Shown here: piece after piece, positions 12,935 through 25,351 of the stretch | Numbering within the stretch: the first letter of the stretch is position 1 | How the letters are laid out: every line of letters starts with the position of its first letter | Source: Octopus sinensis | Lineage: Eukaryota | Length of the DNA stretch: 52,798 nucleotides | Direction: 5' to 3' | Assembly: GCF_006345805.1 (NCBI RefSeq) | Contig: NW_021834149.1 | Location: 1 to 52,798 of the forward strand | Notes under the pieces: generated by a model | The model's input: the letters and a program-made list of their open reading frames with translations, nothing else | The model's database searches: none | Told to the model about the DNA's origin: nothing | Program-made: the position numbers and the translations under genes

Positions 12935-13728
12935 TTTTATTTTTCTCCCTACCTTATCACTTCTCTCCCCTTCTTTCTGTTCCTCTCATCTCTTTCTCCC
13001 TCTGTCTCTCTTTTTATCACTCTCTCTCCCTCATTTTCTCTTCTTCTTTACCTTTTTTCTCTCCTCCTCCTCTCTGTTCCTCTCCTCTCTTTCGCTTTCT
13101 CCCTCTTTTTCTTTCCCTTTTCTATCTTTCACTGTTTCTTTCTCTTTCTCTTACTCTTTCTCTCCCTCGTCTCTCTCTCTTTCTATCTTTCATTTTCTCT
13201 TTTGCTTTCTCTTTCTCTTACTCTTTCTCTCCCTCGTCTCTCCCCCCCCTCTCTCTCTCTCCTCTCTCCCTCTCTCTCTCTCTCTCTTAGAATCAGCCAA
13301 GTAAATAGTCCAACAAAGAAACGGTCCCTCACCACCCCACTAATCCCTTCATCCCCCTCTCAGTCAACACTACGAGAAACAATAAAACAAAACATACAAA
13401 CATACAAATATAAAACATAGGATTCAGGTATACACCACTCTTCCCGCTCCTTCATTATTCTCTGCCCTCATCTCATCTCATATGGTTAGATTAGATTTTA
13501 ATGAGGAGATGAATGAACGTAAAATTATGGGACTAAATACCTTGTGGTATTTAATGTTACCTCATTATGCTACCGACCCCTAATCCCACTAATTTCAAAT
13601 TAAGAGCCAAATATTCTTAAAATCACACGCTACCGTCTTAAATAGAATTCCTTTGATCATGGATTAAATTCTTAATCCATTTAAGAAACACACAAAACTG
13701 TTAGATTCACTTCAACATTTAAATTTAA

Positions 13729-13779
13729 TTTGCCAAAATATTTTCGTCGCTTTGAGACCACGACCTGTTCACTGACAAA
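13729..13779 (-). ncRNA. Minimal type I hammerhead, G3-C8 swapped core
   Basis: tttgtca GTGAACA g gtcgt ggtctcaaa gcgac GAAA atat TT | tggcaaa; 7 bp stem I, 5 bp stem II, self-complementary AAAATATTTT stem III. Confidence 0.7.
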
Positions 13780-14369
13780 ATTCCGTGCTGTTTTCGTTCC
13801 AGCACACAATTTCAGACCAGGTAACTTGCTATGCAAGTACATCTCCGTAAATTTTTAATGAAAATTATCTACTTTGGTGTCATGTGACTGGACCTGATAG
13901 CTCAGCGATACCGGAGAAGAACCGAAAGGAAACAATACCTTATAAGATAAACCTCGTAATAAACTACAGTTTTTCTTTTGAGTTGTTATCTTGAGATTTA
14001 CTTTAATTATATAATTAGCAAGCTCTCCTGTCATACAGCTCTGGAGAAACATTTATAGAATTGATTTGGTTCTGGTTGTTCTGAAAATGACAAATAAAAA
14101 GACACCCCCGAAAAATTTACAACGCCTAGATCTATGAATGTGGTTTGTTAAATGTGACTCCCGGGTTATCGACAGAATGAAATATCCCCTGCAGCATGTC
14201 CTGTGTGGCCACTATATTTCGTACTTTTAACGCAGTTCAATGCAGAGAAATAAATACATAAACAAATGTATAAATCATAACATATGACTGCTGATATAAT
14301 TAAAGCAACGTAACCCAGGACAGACAATACAGGGTATAATAAATTTTGTATTTGCTCAGTCGTTCGTTA

Positions 14370-14440
14370 AGCAGAGTGGCGCAGTGGACGCATGTTGGGC
14401 TCGTGCCCCCAACTCCGTAGATCGAAATTATGCTCTGCCA
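14370..14440 (+). pseudogene. Initiator tRNA-Met pseudogene
   Basis: agcagagtggcgcagtgga.gc.tg.tgggc...gatcgaaa...ctctgc matches eukaryotic tRNAi-Met (AGCAGAGTGGCGCAG start, GATCGAAA T-loop); anticodon arm decayed. Confidence 0.8.
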
Positions 14441-14461
14441 AGTAGTGGATACTATTTTTCA

Positions 14462-14807
14462 TGTAGTAAAGATTGTTTGCCAACATAACATGACAGTCCT
14501 GGTTTAGGACGAATGTTGCTGTAGTTTAGCCCCAGGAGACATCGTCCCCAGCTGGCTATACAACACGATCTGTGTCCTTATATTTTAGAACAAGGGAATC
14601 TAGCAGCCCCACTCAGCTCAAAACAATATCCGGAAATCGCGATACACAGATATTCAGTGGGGGTGATAGATTCCCTTGTTCGAAAATATAAGGACACAGA
14701 TCGTGTGGTATAGCCAGCTGGAGACAATGTCTCCTAGGGCTAAATTACAGCAACATTAGTCCTTAACCAAGACTACCATGTTACGTTGGCAAACAATCTT
14801 TACTACA
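14462..14807. mobile_element. ~150-bp-arm inverted repeat, PLE-like, with half a hammerhead in the spacer
   Basis: 14462-14613 versus 14657-14807; the spacer has GAAA tcgcga TA cacag (14633-14649). Confidence 0.75.
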
Positions 14808-15053
14808 AAGTACTGTTGCTGAATATCTCACGTTGTGAGATTTAAAAATAGTAATTTACTAATTTTCATATTTATACATCGAAAGTGAGTTGTCTACAAA
14901 TGTACAAACCTGCAGGAGTTAATACAAAGAATAACATGCTATAGAAATTTATACAGAGTAAAGGAGTTACCAACAGACTCGACTTAGACGAAAACCCAAG
15001 TGGCAAAGTGGGCATAGTACCGATAGTGGTAATGACATATATAAGTCTCTCGA

Positions 15054-15259
15054 TTATAGGCACAAGTTCTGAAATTTGTGGAGGAGGGGGTCCAGTTAAT
15101 TACATCGACCCCAGTGTTCGACTGCTACTTATTTTATCGTTCTCGAAAGAATGAAAGGTAACGTCAACCTCGGTGGAATTTGAACTCAGAACGTAGAGAC
15201 GGGCGAAATGCCACTAAGCATTTCGTCTGGCATGCGAACGATTCTGCTAGCTCGCCACC
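15054..15259 (-). mobile_element. tRNA-derived SINE family A
   Basis: Reverse complement of ggcgagctagcagaatcgtt...gttctgagttcaaattcc...ggggtcgatgtaatt. Confidence 0.9.
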
Positions 15260-15294
15260 GTCTATAGAAAATGTAATAATATGATTTAGTTATA

Positions 15295-15994
15295 CAGAGT
15301 GGTGCACTTAAAGCAACCCAGGTTCCGCAACATAGTGTAAATACAAATTAATTTACACACTCGAAAAATCTCCCAGCCTTTCGTTTGCAAGTGTCGTTGC
15401 GTTATTTCGGCCGCATGTAACTGCTGAACAAAGATGGCGCACTAGTCGAATGTTCGCTACGTTAACCTCGCTGCATCCTCACCACATAAGTTGATTGTAA
15501 GATTGCACTGGGTGAACATCTCTGGTTTTCTTGAGAAGATGACATACTCAATAGCGGAAAAGAAGGGAGATTGTGTTAGCGTATGTGAGAACGGGTTCTG
15601 TTAAGCAAACGCGACAAATTTTTGAGGTCAAGTTTCCGGCTAAAGGTTTACTGGCAAAGAGAATGATACAAATGTTGGTTAAGAAGTGGCGCACTACGGG
15701 GGTCTGCACAACGCTCCCAAACAAAGAGACCCAGCAGTTTGAACGCCGGAAGTTATTCAGGACAAGCACCAAAGGATTACACGAAGTTCAAATAATTCAA
15801 CACGTAAATTGACGCAGCAGTCTCACGTAAGCAGGAAGTCATGCCAACAGGTGTTGAAAAGTCTAAAGTTGAAGCCATATTATTTCGTATGTGTACAGCA
15901 ATTAAAGGTGGATGACAGGAGCAAACGAGTAAATTTATTTCTGTGTTTACAAGTATGCTACGGAACCCAGGCTACATTTCCGTGCGCCATCCTG
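15295..15994 (+). mobile_element. Internally deleted Tc1/mariner-superfamily transposon
   Basis: TA|cagagtggtgcac...ggttccg and cggaacc...gtgcgccatcctg TIRs; N-terminal HTH-like relic IVLAYVRTGSVKQTRQIFEVKFP...IQMLVKKWRTTG. Confidence 0.8.
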
Positions 15995-16600
15995 TTTAAT
16001 AATAAATTATGTAAATTTAGAATGATAACAATCGGTACGGCTTACTAGACGTTGATGTTTCTATTAGTATAACCACGTTAGGTAAAGTATACAGATTGTT
16101 TTTCGGTACTAACACTTCTTCTGTCGCTAATAACGAAGTAATAACAGCATTTAATAAGGACGTATAAAACATAATAGCATATAATTGTATTGTTGCTATA
16201 AATTGACAGAAAGATCCTTCTGTTTCCTAAATTAATAGAGTGAACATATCGTGGAAGGAGCTTCATTCCAACTTAATTATTTCACGATAAAATAAATTAA
16301 GTCAATAAACAACATTTGTTGGTCGTAAGACCGGAGTGGGCGGGGTGGAACGATTGTAATTTTATTGTCAAAATTTGGAACAGAACGCAGGAAAGGACCA
16401 TATTACTAGAACATACACGTGACCTCACGTACAACAACAGATCTCACTCTGCAGCTACTCACGATCATGTGTTGAGTATTCTTTCAAAGAATTTGTGTTT
16501 GTATGTTTGTGTGTGTCTCAGTGTATGTCTGTGTATGTGCGTATGTATTTGTGTGTGTTTGTCAGTGATTTTGTCTGTCAGTATGTGTTTGTATGTTCTT

Positions 16601-16642
<42 letters not shown>

Positions 16643-17361
16643 GTGCTTATGTGTGAATAGTGCCATAGAAAAAAGAGATTCCATACATTTTTCTTTATCA
16701 GACTTAAGCGTAAAACCGATTCATGGTAATATCTTGCTAATCCTTCCTTATTTGGAATGACGTGGTTGTGACGTTGTTGTGACGTAATTGTTGCAACTAC
16801 TGTTGGTATTTTACAAACAAACACCATTTAAGGAGACACAAAAATGTACTTTTACATAAAAAGATTCACCAAAATATACTGGCAATATAAATACCAGAGG
16901 CCGCCTCTACGTATTTCATATGACTTGCTAGAAATAGAAACCAAATGTCGCTCGAAGATTAACTACTGTACTATCATAAAGAACAATTTTGCTACAGTTT
17001 AGCCCCAGGTCTAACTTGATCGAGTTGGTGTATTATCAAATACTTGCAGTTCTGATCATCCTATTTCTATTTTCTTCAGACATTATATCTAGGACCAGAT
17101 TAGCCAATGTGTCCCTTTTTATTTAAAGTAGTGATCAAATAACAGCGTTGGTTTTGGTGATATATACCCCAAGGCGAATCCTAGTGAACAGATCTATGGT
17201 AAAAGACGTTTCAGCTCTGACCGTCATCATCCCATCTTATTACAGACAGTCTAACAATGACTATATTATCCAATAAGCTTTTTCTATTTTTAAGAGAATA
17301 GAGTATATATTTGAGTGAGATTTATATATATATATATATAGTATGTATGTATGTATGTATG

Positions 17362-17416
<55 letters not shown>

Positions 17417-17432
17417 ATATATATATATATAT

Positions 17433-17552
<120 letters not shown>

Positions 17553-17613
17553 TATATAGTTAATGTATTATTAACAGCTTTTTTCACTGTTTATATATGG
17601 GACGAATGGGAGC

Positions 17614-17656
17614 ACGTTACTGACAAACCGCAAAAAGGGCGAAATGTGCCTAACGT
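17614..17656 (+). ncRNA. Decayed type I hammerhead next to (TA)n
   Basis: acgtta CTGACAA accgcaaaaagggc GAAA tgtg CC taacgt; stem I intact, core mutated, probably inactive. Confidence 0.5.
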
Positions 17657-17974
17657 TCCGATGGGACACTGCTACGACGATGGTCGTTTCGCTCGGTACA
17701 TATTACATTTTAAAAACATGTCTATAAGAGGTTTTCTCTCTGACGCGTGATAACCACAATGTAACCAACAAACAACAAAGATTTTGGAGGCCATAAAATT
17801 CGATGATGCAACTGAAAATCTCGTAATCAACATTACAATTGTATTGTAAGTGCTAACATAACAGAACTGATGTTATTGTTTGAAACGGGAAATAAAAGCC
17901 ACGTACGATAATAATGGTTGGCTGCCTTAGAAATATGAACCTCACTTTTAAAAGAAGAACATCTATGGTCAAAG

Positions 17975-18333
17975 TAGGCACTAAGGGTTCAGTCCTGCTG
18001 TGTGGCACACTTGGACAAGTGTCTTCTACTATAGCCTCGGGACGATCAAAGTCTTGTGTGTGGATTTGGTAGACGGAAATTCAAAGAAGTCCGTCGTATA
18101 TATGTGTGTGTGTCGTTGTGTCTGTGTTTGTCCACCACCACTGCTTGACAGTCGGTGTTGGTGTGTCTACGCGTCCCCGTGACATAGCAGTCCAGCAGAA
18201 GTGACCGATAAAATACGTACCAGGCTTAATAATAAAAAAAGGATAAGGTCGATTCATTCTACTAACATTCTTCAAGGTGGTGCCCCAGCATGGCCGCAGT
18301 TTAATGACTGAAATAAGTAAAAAATAAAAAGAC
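17975..18333 (+). mobile_element. tRNA-derived SINE family C with internal (TG)n
   Basis: ggttcagtcc B-box, cttggacaagtgtcttctactatagcc core, tail ggtgccccagcatggccgcag...taaaaga. Confidence 0.8.
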
Positions 18334-18548
18334 AACTATTCTGAAAGCTACAGCTCCTCTAGCTTGACTATATATTTATTTCCCTTGATACCAGTAATTA
18401 TCATTGCACATAGTAATGGGCGAAAATGCTTACGTGACAGTATGGGAAAGCCAGGATCCTCAGAGACCAGCCAACACAAATCTCAGGTAAAATAAACGAA
18501 GAAGCTACAGGGGCTACTCAGGGGTTCTACAATCTCTTTTAAAGACTC

Positions 18549-18751
18549 TAGGACATTTACCTCCACTCCCCGGTCAATAACCCCACCCCCCGGACAATAA
18601 CCTCCCTCCAAGTACAATTACCCCTGAGGATAACTACTGATGATTTAAAACTTCTTAATATATTGGAGAGGCGGTAATTAACCAGGCAGAGTAATTACCC
18701 TAGGGGTAGTTGTCGTCGTGGCTAATTGTTCTATGGAGAGTAATTGTCCTG
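18549..18751. mobile_element. Palindromic MITE-like element built from ggacaattacccc-type subrepeats
   Basis: Several ggacaataacc/caattacccc motifs on the left and inverted gtaattaccc/gtagttgtc/gtaattgtcct motifs on the right. Confidence 0.55.
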
Positions 18752-19122
18752 ATATGCTTTTAAATCCATTGCAACCCTTCTGTATCGTTAGTGGGCATCT
18801 CAGGGTTACAAGCGTTTCACCCCTCAGCCTGTACGCTTCGCCTTGGTGGGGCTGCGGAGACTGATACAATCTGTAAGTGGACAGTGAAGAACACTTTGCC
18901 GAAGTTTAGCGTGTAACCATTGGTGTTGTTGTTGATGATGATGGTGTTGCTGCTTTTGTTTTTGTCGAAATACGGGCGATGGAACTTTGCTTCGTTGTTC
19001 AAAACCACAGTTTTCGCTCTCGGGAAGAATACAAATAACTAAACAAGATCGGCACACATACATACATATATACATACATACATACATACATACATGCATA
19101 CATACATACATACATACATACA

Positions 19123-19156
<34 letters not shown>

Positions 19157-19269
19157 CACACACACATGCATACATACATACATATACGCACTCACACACG
19201 CATACGTGTGTGTGTATGCACATATATACAAACATCCATATACACAAATACATATATATATATTTATAC

Positions 19270-19308
<39 letters not shown>

Positions 19309-19833
19309 CATACACATACATACGTACACATACATACACAAACATACACACACAGACACACACTCTCACACACACACACATATATGCACTGAAGATATTA
19401 GTCTCCTTCATTAGAAGTTTCTGGAATGTTCGTTATGGTTGATTTATAGTTTCTTAGAATTTAACAAATTTTTCATTTCGACTTCACTTGTCTTTAAATG
19501 ATGTGCGACATGAAACAGTACAACACTTCACTAATCAAAAAACTAAATAGATTGCTTAAAATTGACCAGAAAAAAACTCATTAACAATACCAGTTCGACC
19601 AACCACAACCATCTCACTCTGCCCCCCACTCTCTTTCTCTTTCTCTTTCTCGGCATTCGCTACCATTTCACACCCGTCGTTTATCCATTTTTCTTTGATA
19701 AATCAAAAATATATGTTGTTGAAAAATCGCAACCGGAAATGGATTTGATTTCATTATATGAAAGCGAACGAAAATTCAAGCAAATTCTTTTGTTTTTACA
19801 AAAAAAAATTCTTGAAATTAATGATAATAATAA

Positions 19834-19835
<2 letters not shown>

Positions 19836-19864
<29 letters not shown>

Positions 19865-19960
19865 AAGAAGAAGAAGAAGAAGAAGAAGAAGAAGAAGAAG
19901 AAGAAGAAGAAGAAGAAGAAGAAGAAGAAGAAGAAGAAGAAGAAGAAGAAGAAGAAGAAG

Positions 19961-20001
<41 letters not shown>

Positions 20002-20011
20002 AAACAACAAC
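19836..20011. repeat. Compound (AAG)n-(AAC)n microsatellite
   Basis: Directly visible; explains the poly-K/R/F/L ORFs. Confidence 0.98.
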
Positions 20012-20394
20012 AGCGGCAGCAGCAGTAGAATAAAAATCAATAAGAAGAGATTTACTTCTTGAATTGTTGTCGGAAAAACAAAGGTTAATTAAAAGAAAGA
20101 AGTTTAAAATCGGTAAACACTCCGGCTTATATATATGTGTGTGTCTGTCTGTCAGTCTACCTGTATTTGTATGCGTGTATGTATGTGTATACACATACAT
20201 ATGTATATGTATGTATATATATATATGTGTGTGTGTGTGTATGTGTGTGTGTGTGTGCGTGTGTGTGAATGTATATATACACAAACATACACATATAGTA
20301 TATAGTCAGTCGTAAGATTCGTTAGAATATAAGTATTTCAACGAGCTGAAGGCTGGGAAGGATAAGGTAGCGGGTTCAATGCGTTTGGGTAAAC

Positions 20395-20652
20395 ATAAAT
20401 AAAAATAAATAAATGCGCCCTTTTAAAGCCTAGCCAGGCCCATGGGCCCGGTTTCAATGGCGTATGTGTTCCCCAGCTGGACGGGACGCCAGTCCATCGC
20501 AGCGTTACTCCTTTTTGCCAGCTGAGTGGACTGGAGCAACGTGAAATGAAGTGTTTTGCTCAAGAACATAACGCGTCGCCCGGTCCAGGAATCGAAACCA
20601 CAATCTTACGATCATGGTGCTGACACCCTAACCACTAAGCCACACGCCTCCA
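20395..20652 (-). mobile_element. tRNA-derived SINE family B, apparently full length
   Basis: A-box tggcttagtgg, B-box ggtttcgattcc, central ctgcgatggactggcgtcccgtccag (V-domain-like from recall), (ATTT)n tail. Confidence 0.85.
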
Positions 20653-20765
20653 CAAACATATATATGCACATATATAAAATATATACATGCGTTATATACA
20701 GTTCTACACTTATGTGCATATGACCACATGCATTTACATACATTATAGATAGATGGATAGATGTG

Positions 20766-20798
<33 letters not shown>

Positions 20799-21126
20799 TC
20801 ACGCGCGTATATACACATATATAGAAACACGGGTACCCAATCCCATGTAAGTTGCATATCAAACATCGAGATTGTTTCAGGCATTGTATAAAAGAACATA
20901 AGTGGAGTTTAATGCATACTAGACCAATAGTTCAAGGTACCCGGAAAAAAAAACACGTATCTCGGGAATCCGTGGACCGATTTACGCGAAACTTGTTTTA
21001 TTCCGTTTGTGTTCACATGAGCCTCAGATTCATGGTGTCTCCTGCTTTTATCATTTTCCCTGTTTCACCAGACTCTAAGCTCCCCAAGCCTCCGATTCCT
21101 CATCTCTCCTGCTTCTGTCTCTTTTC

Positions 21127-21713
21127 CGGTGTGAAATAATTTTTTGCAGAAGTTTTTTCGAGCGCATTCAACGTATCTCTCCTCCAAACCCACCGCAAGC
21201 CACCTTCTTCCGGAAAAGAAAGGGGGTGGGTGGTGGGGACCTCGGAGTTTCCCACCAACGGAGTTTTGTTTCACGGGGGTTTCTTTGTCCAGGTTATTTC
21301 GCATGCTTTCAACGAATGTGACATCAAAATCACGCGTAAACGACTGCTTTCCCCAGAAAACGAAAGATTTGGCTACTATTTCTAGCATGTCCTGCTACCA
21401 CGTAACAACTATTTCGGGTCCCTTATCGCAAATAGCTGTTACGTGGTAGCAGGGTGTGCTAGAAATAGCAGCCAAATCTTTCCTTTTCTGGGGAAAGGAG
21501 CCGTTTACGCGTGATTTCGGTGTTACAATTGTTGAAAATACGCCACATAACCTGGAAAAAACACGAAATAAAACTCTGTCGGTGGGAAACTCCGAGGTCC
21601 CCACCAATCTTCCGCCCCTCTTCTTTCCGGAAAAAAGTGGCTTGCAGCGGGCTCGAGGTCAGATAGGTTGAACGCACTCGAAAAAAAACTGTAGAAAAAT
21701 TTATTTCACACCG
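21127..21713. mobile_element. Foldback/MITE-like long palindrome, arms ~287 bp
   Basis: 21127-21414 is a diverged reverse complement of ~21430-21713, with a ~14 bp spacer. Confidence 0.85.
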
Positions 21714-22689
21714 AGGTACGAATGGGTCATTTACGAAATACTTACCTTTTGAAATCATTTTCACTTTAAAATATTTTTTTAATATGCCAACAAAAACTTT
21801 TGTAATGGTATTCACTTCAAAATAATTCTTTAAACAATTAAAATATTGTCTGCTTAAAAAAAGCTAATATATAAGTACTTACTGTACAAACAACTTGTAT
21901 TTTTGAAATCACTTTCACTTAAAAGTATTTCTAAATGATTACAATATTGTTTTCAACAGAAGCAAAAATAGAAACATTTATTGTAAAAACAACGCGTATT
22001 TGTTCGTCGGTAAATTAAAGTCACAGACTTTTGCCCAGGGTCGTAAAATACGGAAAACATTGATCAATGTCTCTAATCGAAAGGTTAAACATTCTTCTCT
22101 TTCAGGGTTATTTTCGGAGTAATGCTGTTTTCCTTTGTGTAGTGACAATAACGAAAGAGGTTGTATGGTGAACGAGGTTTAAAAAGGTATGAGGACAGAG
22201 GCATTCCACTTTAGTAGAGCCCTCATCGACTTTTTCAAGTTTCAATGGAAAGGAAAGTAAGGGTAGAGAGGGGGTGCTATTCTCTAGTTAATTTATTTAG
22301 CAAGCTATTACTTGCTAATTTAATTAGGAGGAATGTTATCTTGAGGATTAGTGACAACGAGTCTCCTTAAATCTCCTCAAATCGCATAAGATTTTCTGAA
22401 GATTCTTTCTGAATATAGGTTGATACTTTTCTACAGGTCGTCAATGTGAGTCGCAATTGCAATGCCTTTGTGTCTCTAAAATAGTAGTTTGGGAGCCGTG
22501 CCAAGTGCACAAATAACCACACGAATAATTGTTGTTTTAATCTTGCTCAGTCTCTTCAGCCCTCTGGCTAGGTCCTCATTTGTTTCATATTATATCTTTA
22601 ATTTCGTGCATACACATTATTTGGTTTTGATTTTGTCCACTACACAGTATAGTAGGGTCAGTTGGATACTGGCTGTGAGAAAAACAGCA

Positions 22690-23390
22690 CCATGACACCA
22701 TTCAGTCTACCAGAAATATGGGAATGACATGCTCTACTGCTTGGCATTCGCGCCGGAAGCTCCAATACGAACATTTCAGAATGTTTGAGTGTCAATCTGA
22801 GGACAATGCAATCTGAGGACATGTACTGAGAGTAATAAAAACCAAACATCCAGTTAACATCATGGTGTTCGGAGTGATGATGACGTTATGCTTCCATTCA
22901 TTTTCCCACAAGACCTCAGACTCAACAAGGAGGCCTCCATCAAGTGCTTGGAGGAGTTAGTGTTGCCCTGGGTCAAGCGGGTAGAAGGTGATGAACTAGC
23001 AGAAACGTTAGCAGGCCGGGCGAAATACTTAGCGGTATTTCGTCTGTATTTACGTTCTGAGTTCAAATTCCACCGAGGTCGACTTTGCCTTACATCCTTT
23101 CGGGGTCGATTAAATAAGTACCAGTTACGCACTGGGGTCGATATAATCGACTTAATCCGTTTGTCTGTCCTTGTTTTCCCCCTCTGTGTGTAGCCCCTTG
23201 TTGGCAGTAAAGAAATAAGAGGGTAGCTACTGGAAGACCTTATGTCTGGCAACAGGACTCTGCACCATGCCACACAAACAGGGGAACCCTGTCATGGCTA
23301 TCAGACAGTTTCTGCGACCACATCACCCCTAACATCGTGCCACCTAACTCTCCAGACTGCAACCCCTCTTGATTATTATCTGTGGGCGAT
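22690..23390 (+). pseudogene. Tc1/mariner (maT/DD37D-like) transposase relic interrupted by a SINE
   Basis: LPFIFPQDLRLN...LEELVLPWVKRV | ATGRPYVWQQDSAPCHT ... PPNSPDCNPLDYYLW. Confidence 0.85.
22985..23216 (+). mobile_element. SINE family A with 10-bp target-site duplication
   Basis: aagcgggtag (22975-22984) / aagagggtag (23217-23226) flank the SINE. Confidence 0.9.
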
Positions 23391-23825
23391 TTTTTTCAAT
23401 TCCATTAGCATCAAATCTGTTATATGAAATTTCAAAGTCCCTGATCTGACACTGCTCCTTTATTTTGTCCTCTGAAATCATATCAGGTCTTCTTTCTTCA
23501 ATTCAGTCTTCATGGGGGCGGGGGGTCTTATAAATTAGGGTCTCATAAATTAGATCCTGTGACGCTCATTCTCTATTACTCTGTCATTAGCAATAATGGT
23601 AATAATGGTTAGTGATCATGCTGATAATGGCGAAGATGGTTAGTAACGGCCATGATGGCGATGACGAGAATCATAAAATTTAGCGAAGATCATTGTCGTG
23701 GAAATGACGTCGATAATAAAAACGATCTTTTATAGGCACAAGGCCTGCACAATGATAAAAACAATAGCAATAGTAATGATAAGAATGAAACGATGATGAT
23801 GATAATAATAATAATAATAATAATA

Positions 23826-23879
<54 letters not shown>

Positions 23880-23895
23880 TAATAATAATAATAAC

Positions 23896-23930
<35 letters not shown>

Positions 23931-24611
23931 CAATACTGATGATGATGATGACGACGGCGATGATGATGATGATGACGACGGCGGTGATGATGATGATGTA
24001 GATGATAGTATTGAGTGTGATGATGATTGTGATTGTCGAGGAGGTGATAATGTTGAGGATGGGGGAGGAGGAGGAGGGGGAAACATGAAGACTCTAAAAG
24101 AGCAAGTCTTTATTGATTTTCACGATAATTGTTAGAAATTTGCAAAAATTAACAAAAGGATTCTTGATCAAATGTATATATATTAAAATATATATATATA
24201 TATATATATGGACCCACATATTCAGGGAAACTGCACAATTCACACTAAATCTAAAAGGTATGGTGTCCTAATATTTTTCTTTCTTTGGGGAGCAGGAAAT
24301 ATGTTCCTTATATGTTCTTCTAGACTCCAGAACGAAATTACAAACTGCAAGAAGTTCAGGAAAGGTTCTTAGAAAGGAGGACAACGAAGAATCAAATTCT
24401 CAAAATGAAGCAACTGAAATATAGTTATCATATAATGTCAGGGATTTGGTTGACTGGACCTATTGACACCTCTCACTTGCATGTTATTTCCTTATTTCTT
24501 GTGAGCAAAGATCACAGATAGATAGATAGACAGACAGACAGGCAGGCAAGGAGGCAGGCAGACAGACAGGCAGGCAGACAGACAGGCAGACAGACAGACA
24601 GACAGACAGAC

Positions 24612-24698
<87 letters not shown>

Positions 24699-24723
24699 TA
24701 GATAGGTAGACAGATAGATAGAT

Positions 24724-24766
<43 letters not shown>

Positions 24767-24815
24767 GATAGATAGATAGATAGATAGATAGATAGGTAGA
24801 TAGATAGATAGATAT

Positions 24816-25125
24816 GTTTCTTTATTAGCCACACAGGGCTGCACACAGATAGAACAAATTACAAGGTAGAGCTTTTCTTTTGGGGGTAAAAAAAAAAAAA
24901 AAAAAAGGAGAGTGGTGGTTTTCGATCAAAAGGGATCGTAAAGGGAAAGAAAAAGGACAAAAAAAAGGGGAGGGGTTAAAAAAAGGGGGGGAGAGAAAAA
25001 AATGAATAATAGGGATCGTTATCACAGAAATGTCAATATGAAGTGTAAAGGGGAGGACAGGTGAGGTTTACCCGTGGAAAGAAAAGCCTACGGAAAAGAC
25101 CTCGGTCAATGAAGTCACATGTTAT
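24816..25125 (-). mobile_element. Possible LINE 3' end abutting (GATA)n
   Basis: Minus strand ends ...ggctAATAAAgaaacata followed directly by (tcta)n; no coding motif seen. Confidence 0.3.
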
Positions 25126-25351
25126 ATTTCTTTTTTTTTTTTTTTGCAAATAAGCAACTCTCTGTATTAATTTTTATGGTTCATAGAATCATAGTCAAGG
25201 TGGCTTCGTCATATAGATAGATAAGTAGATAGGGTGACGTTAGAAAAGGCATCCGGCCATAGAAACCGTGCCAAAGCAAATAGGAGAGTTTGGTCTACAC
25301 CTCTGGCTCTCCAGCTGCTCTCAAGCTGTCCAGCCCTTGTATATATATATA

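Noticed and set aside
20580-20652. tRNA gene-like A/B boxes here and at ~49270
   Set aside because: They continue into SINE bodies and lack a complete cloverleaf; SINE heads, not tRNA genes
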